DNA from: Malacoraja senta | Lineage: Eukaryota | NCBI GenBank assembly: GCA_038087875.1 | Contig: JAXLNO010000073.1 | Location: 806,001 to 866,520, forward strand | Reading direction: 5' to 3' | Length of the DNA stretch: 60,520 nt | Shown here: piece by piece, positions 1 through 12,024 of the stretch | How positions within the stretch are numbered: position 1 is the stretch's first letter | How the letters are laid out: each line of letters opens with the position of its first letter | Program-made: the position numbers and the translations under genes | Notes under the pieces: model-generated | What the model saw: the letters and a program-made list of their open reading frames with translations, nothing else | Databases searched by the model: none | Told to the model about the DNA's origin: nothing

Positions 1-663
1 GAGGCAGAGAATTCCACAAACTCACAACTCCCTGTGAGAAAAAGTGTTTCCTCGTCTCCGTTCTAAATGGCTTACCCCTTATTCTTAAACTGTAGCCCCT
101 GGTTCTGGACTCCCCCAACATCGGGAACATGTTTCCTGCCTCTAGCGTGTCCAAACCCGTAACAAACTTATATGTTTCGATAAGATGCCCTCTCATCCTT
201 CTAAACTCCAGAGTATACAAGCCCAGCTGCTCCATTCTCTCAGCATATGACAGTCCCACCATCCCGGGAATTAACCTTGTAAACCTACGCTGCACTCCCT
301 CAATAGCAAGAGTGTCCTTCCTCAAATTAGGAGACCAAAACTGTACACAATACTCCAGGTGTGGTCTCACTAGGGCTCTGTACAACGGCAGAAGGACCTC
401 TTTGCTCCTATACTCGACTCCTCTTGTTATAAAGGCCAACATGCCATTCTCTTTCTTCACTGCCTGCTGTACCTGCATGCTTACTTTCATAGACTGATGT
501 ACAAGGACCCCCAGATCCCGTTGTACTTCCCCTTTTCCCAACTTGACGCCATTTAGATAGTAATCTGCCTTCCTGTTTTTGATACCAAAGTGGGTAACCT
601 CACATTTATCCGCATTAAACTTCATCTGCCATGCATCTGCCCACTCACCCAACCTGTCCAAGT
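1..663 (-). mobile_element. CR1 (HER1-like) LINE, 3' part of ORF2, truncated
   Basis: Reverse strand encodes CR1 RT C-terminal motifs ([32 protein letters not shown]); near-identical to copies at 5423-6110 and 17606-18940. Confidence 0.9.
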
Positions 664-696
664 CAGACGTCTCCTCTCTCCATAGATGCTACCCGA

Positions 697-897
697 GAGA
701 AATGAACATTCATACCACTGGGGTGTAACCTGCCCAAGCAAAATATGAGGTGCTGTTCCTCCAATTTGCGCTGGGCCTCACTCTGACAGTGGAGGAGGCC
801 CAGGACAGAAAGGTCAGTGTGGGAATGGGAGGGGGAGTTAAAGTGTTTGGCAACCGGGAGATCAGGTAGGTCCAGGCGGACTGAGCAGAGATGTTCA
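697..897 (-). mobile_element. Penelope-like element fragment, GIY-YIG C-terminus
   Basis: Reverse strand matches the PDLPVAKHFNSPSH...LEEQHLIFCLG motif of the longer Penelope copies in this window. Confidence 0.8.
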
Positions 898-1002
898 GAG
901 AACAGAGTATTGGGTATAGAAGTCAGGAGGTTGTGTTGCTGTTATATAAGACGTATTTTCTCTCTCTCTCCCTATCGCTGCTGGGTCTACTGGTATTTGT
1001 AG

Positions 1003-1472
1003 CCAGGAATGAGTGGGTTAACGTACGATGAGCATTTGTCGGCACTGGGCCTGTACTCGCTGGAGTTTAGGAGGATGAGGGGGCACCTCATTGAAACGTA
1101 CAGAATAGTGAAAGGCCTGGATAGAGTGGATCTGGAGAGGATGTTTCCACTAGTTTCAGAATTAAAGGATGTCCCTTTAAGAAGGAGACGAGGAGGAATT
1201 TCTTTAGTCAGAGGGTGGTGAATCCATGGAATTCTTTGCCACTGACGGCTGTGGAGGCCACGTCAGTGGATATATTTAAGGCGGTGGAGGCAGGTTCTCT
1301 GGATTCTTTCAAAAGAGAGCTAGATAGGGCTCTTAAAAATAGCAGAGTCAGGGGATATGGGGAGAAGGCAGGAACGGGGTACTGATTGGGGATGATCAGC
1401 CAAGATCACATTGAATGGCGGTGCTGGTTCGAAGGGCCGAATGGCCTACTCCTGCACTTATTGTCTATTGTC
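1003..1472 (+). mobile_element. CR1 3' fragments of two subfamilies, joined near 1283
   Basis: ORF 1009-1221 MSGLTYDEHLSALGLYSLEFRRMRG; CR1 3' UTR with GGGCCGAATGGCC stem and TTGTCTA tail. Confidence 0.85.
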
Positions 1473-1600
1473 TCTCAGTATTTATTCAGGATTGTCTTTG
1501 GTGCCCATGTTAGTTGGGAATATACTGCAGTATTGAGGATCGCTCAATCCACAGTCTATGCAGAAAATCCTTCTGTATTTCAAACCAAATCACATCCAGC

Positions 1601-2060
1601 ATGTTGCCAGGACTAGAGGGTGTGAGCTACAGGGAGAGGTTGAGTAGGCTGGGTCTCTATTCCTTGGAGCGCAGGAGGATGAGGGGTGATCTTATAGAGG
1701 TGTATAAAATCATGAGAGGAATAGATCGGATAGACGCACAGAGTCACTTGCCCAGAGTAGGGGAATCGAGGACCAGAGGACACAGTTTTAAGATGAAGGG
1801 GAAAAGATTTAATAGGAATATGAGGGGCAACTTTTTCACACAAAGGGTGGTGGGTGTATGGAACGAGCTGCCAGAGGAGGTAGTTGAGGCTGGGACTATC
1901 CCAACGTTTAAGAAACAGTTAGACAGGTACATGGATAGGACAGGTTTGGAGGGATATGGATTAAACACAGGCAGGTGGGACTAATGTAGCTGGGATATGT
2001 TGGCCGGTGTGGGCAAGTTGGGCCGAAGGGCCTATTTACACACTGTATCACTGTATGACT
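1601..2060 (+). mobile_element. CR1 3' end
   Basis: MLPGLEGVSYRERLSRLGLYSLERRRMRGDLIEVYKI...FFTQRVVGVWNELP; 3' tail GGGCCGAAGGGCC...CTGTATCACT. Confidence 0.9.
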
Positions 2061-2168
2061 GGATCTGGTTGGCTGCCAGTGACTAGTGGAGTTCCGTGGG
2101 GATCAGTGCTGGGGCCGCTACTCTTCACGTTGTCTATTAATGATTTACACGAGGGGATTGAAGGCTTT

Positions 2169-2193
2169 AGGGTTTAGGTTAGGGTTAGGATTA
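2169..2193 (+). repeat. Short interstitial telomeric-type repeat (degenerate TTAGGG) flanked by a 14-bp duplication
   Basis: TTAGGG TTTAGG TTAGGG TTAGGA TTAGGA lies between GGATTGAAGGCTTT at 2155-2168 and 2194-2207. Confidence 0.8.
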
Positions 2194-3039
2194 GGATTGA
2201 AGGCTTTGTGGCCAAGTTTGTGGATGACACGGAAATAGGTGGAGAAATGCAGGGACTCTGCAGAAGGACTTGGACAGGTTGGGAGAGTGGGTGGAGAAAC
2301 ATCAGATGGGATACAGTGCAGCAAATTGTACAGTCAGTGGCATTTTTGATAGTTGGAATAAAGGCGTGGACCATTCTCCAACTGGGGAGAGGATCCAGAA
2401 ACCGGAGGTGCAAAGGGACTTGGGAATGTTGGTGCAGGATTCCCAAAAAGTTCATCTGCAAGTTGTATCAGTAGTAAAGAAAGCAAACTCAATGCTGGCA
2501 TTTATTTCAAGAGGGCCTGTGTACAAAAACAGGGATGTAATGTTGAGGCTCTATAAGGCGCAGGTCAGGCTGCATGTGGAGCATTGTGAGCAGTTCTGGG
2601 CCCTGTATCTGAGGAAGGATGTGCTGGCTCTGGAGAGGGTCCAGAGGAGGTTTACAAGAACGATCCCAGGAATGAGTGGGTTAACGTACGATGAGCGTTT
2701 GTCGGCACTGGTCCTGTACTCGCTGGAGTTTAGAAGGATGAGGGGGGGACCTCATTGAAACGTACAGAATAGTGAAAGGCCTGGATAGAGTGGATGTGGA
2801 GAGGATGTTTCCACTAGTGGGAGAGTCTAGGACTAGAGGGCACAGCCTCAGAATTAAAGAACATTCTTTTAGGAAGGAGATGAGGAGGAATTTCTTTAGT
2901 CAGAGGGTGGTGAATCTGTGGGATTCGTTGCCACAGACGGCTGTGGAGGGCCACAAATCAGTGGATATATTTAAGGCAGAGACAGATAGATTGTTGATTA
3001 GTGCGGGTGTCAGGGGTTATGGAGAGAAGGCAGGGCAAG

Positions 3040-3572
3040 GGTGACCCTGTGGCGCAGTGGTAGAGCTTGCAGCACTGGAGACCCGTGTTTGGTCCCGACT
3101 ACGGGTGCTGTCTGTACGGAGTTTCCACGTTCCCGGCAGTGGAATTCCCTGCCAGAGAGGGCAGTGGAGGCCAAGTCACTGGATGGATTTAAGAGAGAGT
3201 TAGATAGAGCTCTAGGGGCTAGTGGAGTCAAGGGATATGGGGAGAAGGCAGGAACGGGGTACTGATTGGGGATGATCAGCCATGATCACATTGAATGGCG
3301 GTGCTGGCTCGAAGGGCCGAATGGCCTCTTCCTGCACCTATTTTCTATGTTTCTATGTTCACCCCGTGATGGCGTGTGTTTCACTCCCAAATCTCCGGTT
3401 TCCACCCAGACTCCAAAGACGTACTGGTTTGCAGGTTAATTGGCTCGGCATAACTGTAAATTGTCCCTGGGGTGTGTAGGGTAGCATTAATTTGCGGGGA
3501 TCACTGGTCAGCGTGAACTCGGTGGGCTGAAGGGCCTGATTCCGCGCGGTATCACTTTACCAAACTAAACAA
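3040..3572 (+). mobile_element. tRNA-derived SINE (HE1-like) split by a CR1 3' tail at about 3136-3358
   Basis: A-box-like TGGCGCAGTGG, degenerate B-box, CR1-shared 3' end GGGCTGAAGGGCC and (AAACT) tail. Confidence 0.8.
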
Positions 3573-3756
3573 AATGGGGTTAGGCGATAGAGATAGATCA
3601 GCCATGATTGAAAGGCGGGGTGGCCCTTGATGGGCCAAATGGCCTAATCCTGCTCCTCTCACTTATGGACATGAATAGTTCCAGGGACATTTATAATCTT
3701 GCCATGTGGACAAAACTGAGCAGGAATCGGGGTGATTAATGACCGATCATTTGCAA

Positions 3757-3987
3757 TCATAGAAACATAGAAACATAGGTGCAGGAGGAGGCCATTCGGC
3801 CCTTCCAGCCAGCACCGCCATTCATTGTGATCATGGCTGATCGTCCCCTATCAATAACCCGTGCCTGCCTTCACCCCATATCCCTTGATTCCACTAGCAC
3901 CTAGAGCTCTATTTAACTCTTAAATCCATCCAGTGATTTGGCCTCCACTGCCCTCTGTGGCAGGGAATTCCACAAATTCACAATTCT
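3757..3987 (-). mobile_element. CR1 3' tail
   Basis: (CATAGAAA)n tail plus reverse-complement CR1 3' UTR. Confidence 0.85.
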
Positions 3988-4059
3988 ACATCTTTAGTCA
4001 GAGGGTTAATCATCTACAACCTGCTAAATGTTTCCTTCCCTGTCAGGCTAATGAATAAA

Positions 4060-5292
4060 TAGAGTCATAGTGTGGAAACAGGCCATTCGGCCCAACTTGC
4101 CCACACTGGCCAACATGACCCATCTACACTAGTCCCACCTGCCCGCGTTTGGCCCATATCCCTCCAAACCTGTCCTATCCATGTACCTGTCTAATTGTTT
4201 CTTAAACGTTGGGATACTCCCAGCCTCAACTGGCAGCTCATTCCATACACCCACCACCCTCTGTGTGAAAAGTTTACCCCTCAGATTCCTAGTAAATCTT
4301 TTCCAGTTCACCTCAAACCCATGTCCTCTGGTCTTCGATTCGCCTACTCTGGGCAAGAGACTCTGTGCATCTACCCGATCTATTCCTCTCATGATTTTAT
4401 ACACCTCTATAAGATCTCCCCTCATCCTCCTGCGCTCCAAGGAATAGAGACCCAGCCTGCTCAACCTCTCCCTGTAACTCACACCCTCTAGTCCTGGCAA
4501 CATCCTCGTAAATCTTCTCTGAACCCTTTCAAGCTTGACAACATCGTTCCTATAACACGGTGCCCAGAACTGAACACAATACTCTAAATGTGGTCTCACC
4601 AACGTCTTATACAACAGCAACATGACCTCCCAACTTCGAAACTCAATGCTGTGACTGATGAAGGCCAAAGTGCCAAAAGCCTTTTTGACCACCTTATCTA
4701 CCTGCGACTCGACCTTGAAGGAACCATGCACCTGTACTCCTAGATCGCTCTGCTCTACAACACTACCCAGATTTTATTCTTCACATGTTTAAATGATAAT
4801 GTTTAATTTTTAATTGTCTACTGCATATCGTGTTGTTATCCTTGCGAGCAACGCACCGTCTGTCCTGGGCCTTCCCAAATGGCCAGAGGCCCACCGCAAA
4901 TTGGAGGGGCAGCACCTCATATTTTGCTTGGGTAGTTTACACCCCATTAGTATGAACATTGACTTCTCCAAATCAGGTAGTCCCTGCTTTCTCCCTCCTT
5001 CCCCTCCCCTTCACAGCTCTCCCACAGCCCACTGTCTCCACCTCTTCCTTTCTTTCCCCCACATCAGTCTGAAGAAGGGTCCGAAACGTCGCCTATTCCT
5101 TCGCTCCATAGATGCAGCCTCACCCGCTGAGTTTCTCCAGCAATTTGTCTACCTTCGATTTTTCCAGCATAACATTTATTCAATTCAATTCAATTCAATT
5201 CAAATATGTATTCAATTCCGAGCCCTACCATTCACTGTGTAGGTCCTGCCCATGTTAGACTTCCCCAAATACAATACCTCACAATTCTCTGG
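4060..5292 (-). mobile_element. CR1 3' fragment split by an insertion at about 4771-5218
   Basis: ORF 4129-4731 is a CR1 RT C-terminus; CR1 sequence resumes near 5219 (GAGCCCTACCATTCAC). Confidence 0.85.
4858..5170 (+). mobile_element. Penelope-like 3' end/pLTR, inside a Rex1-like tail ending in (CAATT)n
   Basis: HRKLEGQHLIFCLGSLHP...MNIDFS then pLTR with a damaged hammerhead CTGAAGAAGGGTCCGAAACGTC. Confidence 0.75.
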
Positions 5293-5422
5293 AGTGTTTA
5301 TTTGTATTTTGTTAAAGGGTAAGTGGGGACAAATGCCTTGAAATTCAAATGTGTGTTGATTCTAGGGGGTTAAAGATATGGGAAGCAACTCACGCTGCCT
5401 CGGCAAGGCCAGCAGCATAATC

Positions 5423-6110
5423 AATAGACAATAGGCAATAGGTGCAGGAGTAGGCCATTCGGCCCTTCGAGCCAGCACATTCAATGTGATCATATCTGAT
5501 CATCCCCAATCAGTACCCCGTTCCTACCTTCTCCCCCATATCCCCTGACTCCACTATCTTTAAGAGCCCTATCTAGCTCTCTCTTGAAAGCATCCAGAGA
5601 ACCGGCCTCCACCGCCCATTGAGGCAGAGAATTCCACAGACTCACAACTCTCTGTGAGAAAAAGTGTTTCCTCGTCTCCGTTCTAAATGGCTTACTCCTT
5701 ATTCTTAAACTGTGGCCCCTGGTTCTGGACTCCCCCAACATCGGGAACACGTTTCCTGCCTCTAGCGTGTCCAAACCCTTAACAATCTTATATGTCTCAA
5801 TGAGATATCCTCTCATCCTTCTAGACTCCAGAGTGTACAAGCCCAGCTGCTCCATTCTCTCAGCATATGACAGTCCCGCCATCCCGGGAATTAACCTGGT
5901 GAACCTTCGCTGCACTCCCTCAATAGCAAGAATGTCCTTCCTCAAATTATGGGACCAAAACTGTACACAATACTCCAGGTGTGGTCTCACTAGGGCTCTG
6001 TACAACTGCAGAAGGACCTCTTTGCTCCAATATTCGATTCCTCTTGTTATAAAGGCCAACATGCCATTGGCTTTCTTCACTGCCTGCTGTACCTGCATGC
6101 TTACTTTCAT
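5423..6110 (-). mobile_element. CR1 3' fragment
   Basis: ORF 5490-6110 (206 aa) is a CR1 RT C-terminus, followed by 3' UTR and tail. Confidence 0.9.
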
Positions 6111-6111
6111 T

Positions 6112-6455
6112 CAATGGATTACACCCCAGCAGATGAACATTGACCTCTCCAACTTGCTTCCCTCTTTCTCCCCATCCCTCCCCCTTCCCAGTTCTCCGAC
6201 CAGTCTGACTGCCTCCCCCTCCCCCCAGTTACATTTTATCTCCGTTTGTTGTCACATTCTACATTCTACTTTTGAACTCTTAAACTCTTCCTTGTCTCTG
6301 TAACCCTGTCCCATGACTCTTGGTCTGAAGAAGGGTCTCCACCCGAAACGTCACCCATTCCTTCTCTCCAGAGATGCTGCCTGTCCCGCTGAGTTACTCC
6401 AGCACTGTGTGTCTATCTTCGGTTTAAACCAGCATCTGCAGTTTCCTCCTACACA
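6112..6455 (+). mobile_element. Penelope-like pLTR with hammerhead motif
   Basis: CTGAAGAAGGGTCTCCACCCGAAACGTCAC near 6324-6353 and the conserved pLTR 3' end. Confidence 0.8.
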
Positions 6456-6802
6456 TAATCACGGACCAGTCTCACCCCGGCCACTCCCTCTTCTCCCCTC
6501 TCCCATCGGGCAAGAGGTACAGAAGTGTGAAAATGAACGCACACCATCAGATTCAGGGGCAGTTTCTTCCCGGCTGTTATCAGGCAACTGAACCATCCTA
6601 CCACAACCAGAGAGCAGTCCTGAACTACTATCTACCTCTTAGGTGACTTTCGGACTATCCTTGATTGGACTTTGCTGGCTTTACCTTGCACTGAATGTTA
6701 TTTACTTATCAAGTAATCGTAAATGGCTCGATTATAATCATGTATTGTCTTCCCGCACGCAACAAAAGCTTTTCACTGTAAACTAAACTGAACTGAACTG
6801 AA

Positions 6803-7340
6803 CCAATTTGGGCCCCGTATCTGAGGAAGGATGTGCCGGCTCTGGAGAGGGTCCAGAGGAGGTTTACAAGAACGATCCCAGGAATGAGTGGTTTAACGTA
6901 CGATGAGCGTTTGTCGGCACTGGGCCTGTACGCGCTGGAGTTTAGAAGGATGAGGGGGGGACCTCATTGAAACGTACAGAATAGTGAAAGGCCTGGATAG
7001 AGTGGATGTGGAGAGGATGTTTCCACTGGTGGGAGAGTCTAGGACCAGAGGGCACAGCCTCAGAATTAAGGGGTGCTCTTTTGGAAAGGAGATGAGGAGG
7101 AACTTCTTTAATCAGAGGGTGATGAATCTGTGGAACTCATTGCCACAGACGGCTGTGGAGACCGTCGGTGGATATATTTTAGCCAGAGACAGATAGATTG
7201 TTGATTAGTACGGGTGTCAGGGGTTATGGGGAGAAGGCAGGAGAATGGGGTTTCGAGGGAGAGATAGATCAGCCATGATTGAATGGGGGAGTAGACTTGA
7301 TGGGCCAAATGGCCTCATTCTGCTCCTATAACTTGTGAAC
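6803..7340 (+). mobile_element. CR1 3' fragment
   Basis: ALERVQRRFTRTIPGMSG...KGLDRVDVERMFPLVGESRTRGH plus 3' UTR. Confidence 0.9.
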
Positions 7341-7404
7341 CGCTGTAGATTCTGCAGCTGGAGCAACATCCTTCCTGCTTAAGTACAAAGCTGATTAATA
7401 ACTG

Positions 7405-7720
7405 CAGCACGGTGGAGCAGCGGGTAGAGTTGCTGCCTCACAGCGGCAGAGACCCGGGTTCCAGCCCGACCACGAGTGCTGTCTGTACGGAGTTTGCACG
7501 TTCTCCCCCGTGACCTGCGTGGGTTTTCTCCGGGATCTTCGGTTTCCTCCCACACTCCAAAAACGTACAGGTTTGTAGGCCAATTGTCTTTTGTATCAAT
7601 GTAAGTTGTCCCCAGTGTGTGTAGGATAGTGTTAATGTGCTGGGATCGCTGGTCGGCACGGACTCGGTGGGGCCGAAGGGCCTGTTTCAGCGCTGTATCT
7701 CTAAACTACACTAAACTAAA
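7405..7720 (+). mobile_element. tRNA-derived SINE (HE1-like), full length
   Basis: A-box GGTGGAGCAGCGG, B-box GGTTCCAGCCC, CR1-like 3' end, (AAACT)n tail. Confidence 0.85.
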
Positions 7721-7814
7721 CACATCAGTAATTGCACCTGTGGGATTCTTTGCCCAAGAAGGCGATGGAGGCCAAATCAGTGGATATTTTGAAGGCAGAG
7801 ATAGATAGATTCTT

Positions 7815-8483
7815 AGGTACACAAAAATGCTGGAGAAACTCAGCGGGTGCAGCAGCATCTATGGAGCGAAGGAAATAGGCAACGTTTCGGGCCGAAACCC
7901 TTCTTCAGACTGATAGGGGGTGGGGAGAAGAAAGGAAAAAAAGGAAAAAGGCGGAGGAGGAGCCCACGGGCTAGGGGAGGGGAGGAGACAACCAGAGGGC
8001 TGATGAAGGGGAGGGGACAGCAAGGGCTAGCAGAATTGGGAGAATTCAATGTTCAAGCCCCCAGGATGTAGACTGCCCAAGCGGAATATGAGGTGCATTT
8101 CCTCCAATTTACGGTGTTGCTCGCTGTGGCCATGGACGAGGCCCAGGACAGAGAGGTCAGATACGGAATGGGAGGGGGAGTTGAAGTGCTGAGCCACCGG
8201 GAGGTCAGGTTGGTTATTGCGGACCGACTGGAGGTGTTCGGCGAAACGATCGCCAAGCCTCCGCTTGGTCTCACCGATGTAGATCAGCTGGCATCTAGAG
8301 CAGCGGATGCAATAGATGAGGTTGGAGGAGATGCAGGTGAACCTCTGTCGCACCTGGAACGACTGCTTGGGTCCTTGAATGGAGTGGAGGGGGGAGGTGA
8401 AGGGACAAGTGTTGCATCTCTTGCGGTTGCAAGGGAAAGTACCAGGGGAGGGGGTGGTACGGGAGGGAAGGGAAGAATTGACA
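7815..8483 (-). mobile_element. Penelope-like element, 5'-truncated: Cys-rich linker, GIY-YIG endonuclease and pLTR, with 14-bp TSD
   Basis: ORF 8027-8353 FTCISSNLIYCIRCSRCQLIYIGETKRRLGDRFAEH; TSD ATAGATAGATTCTT at 7801-7814 and 8484-8497. Confidence 0.9.
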
Positions 8484-8540
8484 ATAGATAGATTCTTGAT
8501 TAGAATGGGTGTCAGAGGTTATGAGGAGAAGGCAGGAGAA

Positions 8541-9048
8541 TAGAAACATAGAAACATAGGAAATGGGGGCAGGAGTAGTCCATCCAGCCATTTGAGCCAG
8601 CACCGCCATTCAATATGATCATGACTGATCATCCAGAATCAGTACCCCGTTCCTGCGCTCTCCCCATTTCCCTTGATTCCGTTAGCCCCAAAGAGCTAAA
8701 TCTAACTCTCTTGAAAACATCCAGTGAATCGGCCTCCACTGCCTTCTGTGGCAGAGAATTCCGCAGATTCACAACTCTCTGGGTGAAAAGGTTTTTCCTC
8801 ATCTCAGTCCTAAATGGCCGACCCCTTATTCTTAAACTGTGTGACCCCTGGTTCTGGACTGACCCCAACATCAGGAACATTTAATCGCTTAATAATTTTA
8901 TATGTTTCTATAAGATCCCCTCTCATCTATCCAACCTCCAGTTGACCCATTCTTTCATAATATGTCAGTCCCGCCATCCCGGGAATTAACCCGGTGAACC
9001 TACGCTGCACTCCCTCAATAGCAAGAATCTCCTTCCTCAAATTAGGAA
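8541..9048 (-). mobile_element. CR1 3' fragment, degenerate
   Basis: (CATAGAAA) tail; ORFs 8629-8880 and 8927-9139 carry CR1 motifs. Confidence 0.8.
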
Positions 9049-9062
9049 ATATTATGAGAAAG

Positions 9063-9765
9063 ATAGGAGTGCAGGTGCATTGTTCCTTGAAGGTGGAGTC
9101 GCAGGTAGATTGTGTGGTCAAGAAGGGATTTTGGCACATACGCCTTCATCAGCCAGAGCATTGAGTATAGAAGTTGGGGGCTCATGTTGCAGTTGCATAA
9201 GGTATCGGTGAGACCGCATTTAGAGTATTGTGTTCAGTCCTGGGCATCATGTTATGGGAAAGATATTGTCAAGCTGGAAAGGGTACAGAGAAGATTTACG
9301 AGGATGTTGCCAGGACTAGAGGGTGTGAGCTACAGGGAGAGGTTGAGTAGGCTGGGTCTCTATTCCTTGGAGCGCAGGTGGATGGGGGGTGATCTTATAG
9401 AGGTGTATAAAATCATGAGAGGAATAGATCGGGTAGACGCACAGAGTCTCTTGCCCAGAGTAGGGGAATCGAGGACCAGAGGACATAGGTTCAAGTTGAA
9501 GGGGAAAAGATTTAATAGGAATCTGAGGGGTATCTTTTTCACACAAAGGGTGGTGGGTGTATGGAACGAGCTGCCAGAGGAGGTAGTTGAGGCTGGGACT
9601 ATCCCAACATTTAAGAAACAGTTAGACAGGTACATGGATAGGGTGGGTTTCGAGCGATGTGGGCCAAATATAGGCAGGTGGGACTTGTGCAGCTGGGGCA
9701 TGTTGGTCGGTGTGGGAACGTTGGGCCGAAGGGCCTGTTTCCACACTGTATCACCTTTGACTCAA
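9063..9765 (+). mobile_element. CR1 3' fragment
   Basis: ORF 9112-9777 is a CR1 RT C-terminus. Confidence 0.9.
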
Positions 9766-9989
9766 TGTCTGAGCTGAAGGGAGGTTGTAAAGGGGAAACA
9801 ATAATTTGTTGCCTGAGCAAGGAAGGCAGTCTCACATTTTATCACCCAGTTTTCTCTGGAGAGGAGCCAAAGACTTCAAGGCAGGTGGTTTAGTTTCCAG
9901 TGTGTTTAATAACCTGTCATCAGCCTTGGAGAATGGGCAGCCTACATGAATTGCAGAAAAAACGGTATTGTGCACACAGGCTGCTCAAG

Positions 9990-10345
9990 GTCATGAGAGG
10001 AATAGATCGGGTAGACGCACAGAGTCTCTTGCCTAGAGTAGGGGTATCGGGGACCAGAGGACATAGGTTCAAGGTGAAGGGGAAAAGATTTAATTGGAAT
10101 CTGAGGGCTAACGTTTTCACACAAAGGGTGGTGGGTGTATGGAACGAGCTGCCGGAGGAGGTAGTTGAGGCTGGGACTATCCCAACATTTAAGAAACAGT
10201 TAGACAGGTACATGGATAGGACAGGTTTGGAGGGATATGGGCTAAACGCAGGCAGGTGGGACTAGTGTAGCTGGGACATGTTAGCCGGTGTGGGCAAGTT
10301 GGGCTGAAGGGCCTGTTTCCGCGCTGTATCACTCTATGACTATAT
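9990..10345 (+). mobile_element. CR1 3' end
   Basis: MRGIDRVDAQSLLPRVG...WNELPEEVVEAG plus tail. Confidence 0.85.
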
Positions 10346-10494
10346 AACTCTAATGTCTCTCCACAAAGATAATAGGGATCACAACCGCCTCCAATATTGA
10401 TCCCAAACGAGATATGAGGTGCTGCTCCTCCAATTTACGCTGGGCCTCACTCACCCTGACAGTAGAAGAGGCCCAAAGAAACATAGAAAGATGG

Positions 10495-11090
10495 GAAATG
10501 GTGGTGAGGCTGCTTGTGTTCAGTGTTGGTCACCTTGTTATAGAAAGTATGCCATTAAGCTTGAAAGAGTGGGGAGATGGTGTACGAGGATGTTGCCAGG
10601 TCTCGAGAGGGAACGGTTGGAGAGGCTAGGACTTTATTCATAAGGGATAGGAGCATAATTGGGCCATTCGGCCCATCAAGTCCACTCCGCCATTCAATCA
10701 TGGCCGATCTATCTCTCCCTCCCAACCCCATTCTCCTGCCTTTTCCCCATAACTCATGACACCCGTACTGATCAGCAATCTGTCTATCTCTGGCTAAAGG
10801 GATCAGGGGGTATGGAGAGAAGGCAGGTACGGGATACTGAGTTGGATGATCAGCCATGATCATATTGAATGGCGGTGCAGGCTCGAAGGGCCGAATGGCC
10901 TACTCCTGCACCTATTTTCTATGTATCTATGTAAACATATCCGGCGACTTGGCCTCCACAGCCTTCATTCGCAAAGAATTCCACAGATTCACCACCTTCT
11001 GACTAAATAAATTCCTCCTCATCACCTTCCTAACAGAACGTCCTTTCATTCTGAGGCTGAGACCTCTAGTCCTAGACTCTCCCAGTATTC
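10495..11090. mobile_element. Mosaic of CR1 fragments on both strands
   Basis: Old + fragment 10495-10640; minus-strand tail 10645-11090 interrupted by a + tail at about 10790-10932. Confidence 0.7.
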
Positions 11091-11261
11091 CTTGGAGTGC
11101 AGGAGGCCCTTTGAGCCAGCACCTCCCTTCAATATAAAGCTATTAAATGGGCACACAGATACATAGAGAATGGAACGGAACATGTGCAGACAGAGGGGGA
11201 GATCAGTTTAACCAAACAGTGCAGGAAGGAACTACTGAACTTGTTTTCACCCAAAAGAGAA

Positions 11262-12022
11262 GTGTGAGGTGTTCCATTTTGTGTCGTCTAACATGGGCAG
11301 GACCTACACAGTAAATGGTAGGGCTCTGGGTAGTGTTGTAGAGCAGAGGGATCTAGGAGTACAGGTGCATGGTTCCTTGAAGGTCGAGTCGCAGGTAGAT
11401 AAGGTGGTCAACAAGGCTTTTGCACTTTGGCCTTCATCAGTCAGAGTATTGAGTATAGAAGTTGGGAGGTCACGTTGCAGTTGTATAAGACGTTGGTGAG
11501 ACCGCATTTAGAGTATTGTGTTCAGTTCTGGGCACCGTGTTATAGGAAAGATGTTGTCAAGCTTGAAAGGGTTCAGAGAAGATTTACGAGGATGTTGCCA
11601 GAACTAGAGGGTGTGAGCTACAGGGAGAGGTTGAGCAGGCTGGGTCTCTATTCCTTGGAGCGCAGGAGGATGAGGGGAGATCTTATAGAGGTGTATAAAA
11701 TCATGAGAGGAATCGATCGGGTAGATGCACAGAGTCTCTTGCCCAGAGTAGGGGAATCGAGGACCAGAGGACATAGGTTCAAGGTGAAGGGGAAAAGATT
11801 TAATAGGAATCTGAGGGGTAACTTTTTCACACAAAGGGTGGTGGGTGTATGGAACGAGCTGCCAGAGGAGGTAGTTGAGGCTGGGACTATCCCAATGTTT
11901 AAGAAACAGTTAGACAGGTACATGGAGGGATATGGGCCAAATGCAGGCGGGTGGGACATGTTGGCCTGTGTGGGCAAGTTGGGCTGAAGGCCTGTTTCCA
12001 CACAGTATCACTCTATGACTAT
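11262..12022 (+). mobile_element. CR1 3' fragment
   Basis: ORFs 11269-11499 and 11427-11987 are one frameshifted CR1 RT C-terminus. Confidence 0.9.
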
Positions 12023-12024
12023 AA

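Larger units (their letters stand above)
2061..3672 (+). mobile_element. CR1 RT/3' fragment (2061-3032 and 3573-3672) interrupted by a SINE, itself interrupted by a CR1 tail
   Basis: RT motifs [14 protein letters not shown] and KFVDDT, ORFs 2270-2758 and 2772-3044; the 3' UTR resumes at AATGGGGTTAGG near 3573. Confidence 0.85.
5385..6802 (+). mobile_element. Rex1/Babar LINE 3' end (5385-5422 and about 6455-6802), split by CR1 and Penelope insertions
   Basis: HPGHSLFSPLPSGKRYRSV...SFFPAVIRQLN motif; (AACTG/AACTA) tail; CATAATCA repeated at both sides of the interruption. Confidence 0.7.

Noticed and set aside
129..497. Recurrent ORFs such as MFPASSVSKP..., MYLSNCFLNVG... and MCEKVTPQIP...
   Set aside because: Antisense shadows of CR1 ORF2 fragments, repeated wherever CR1 occurs.
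1479..1600. Unique stretch with an open frame YLFRIVFGAHVSWEY...
   Set aside because: The apparent acceptor comes from a CR1 tail; no donor and no recognisable homology.
7405..7480. tRNA-like A/B boxes here and in many other copies
   Set aside because: They are SINE heads followed by SINE body and CR1-like tail; no complete cloverleaf or terminator.
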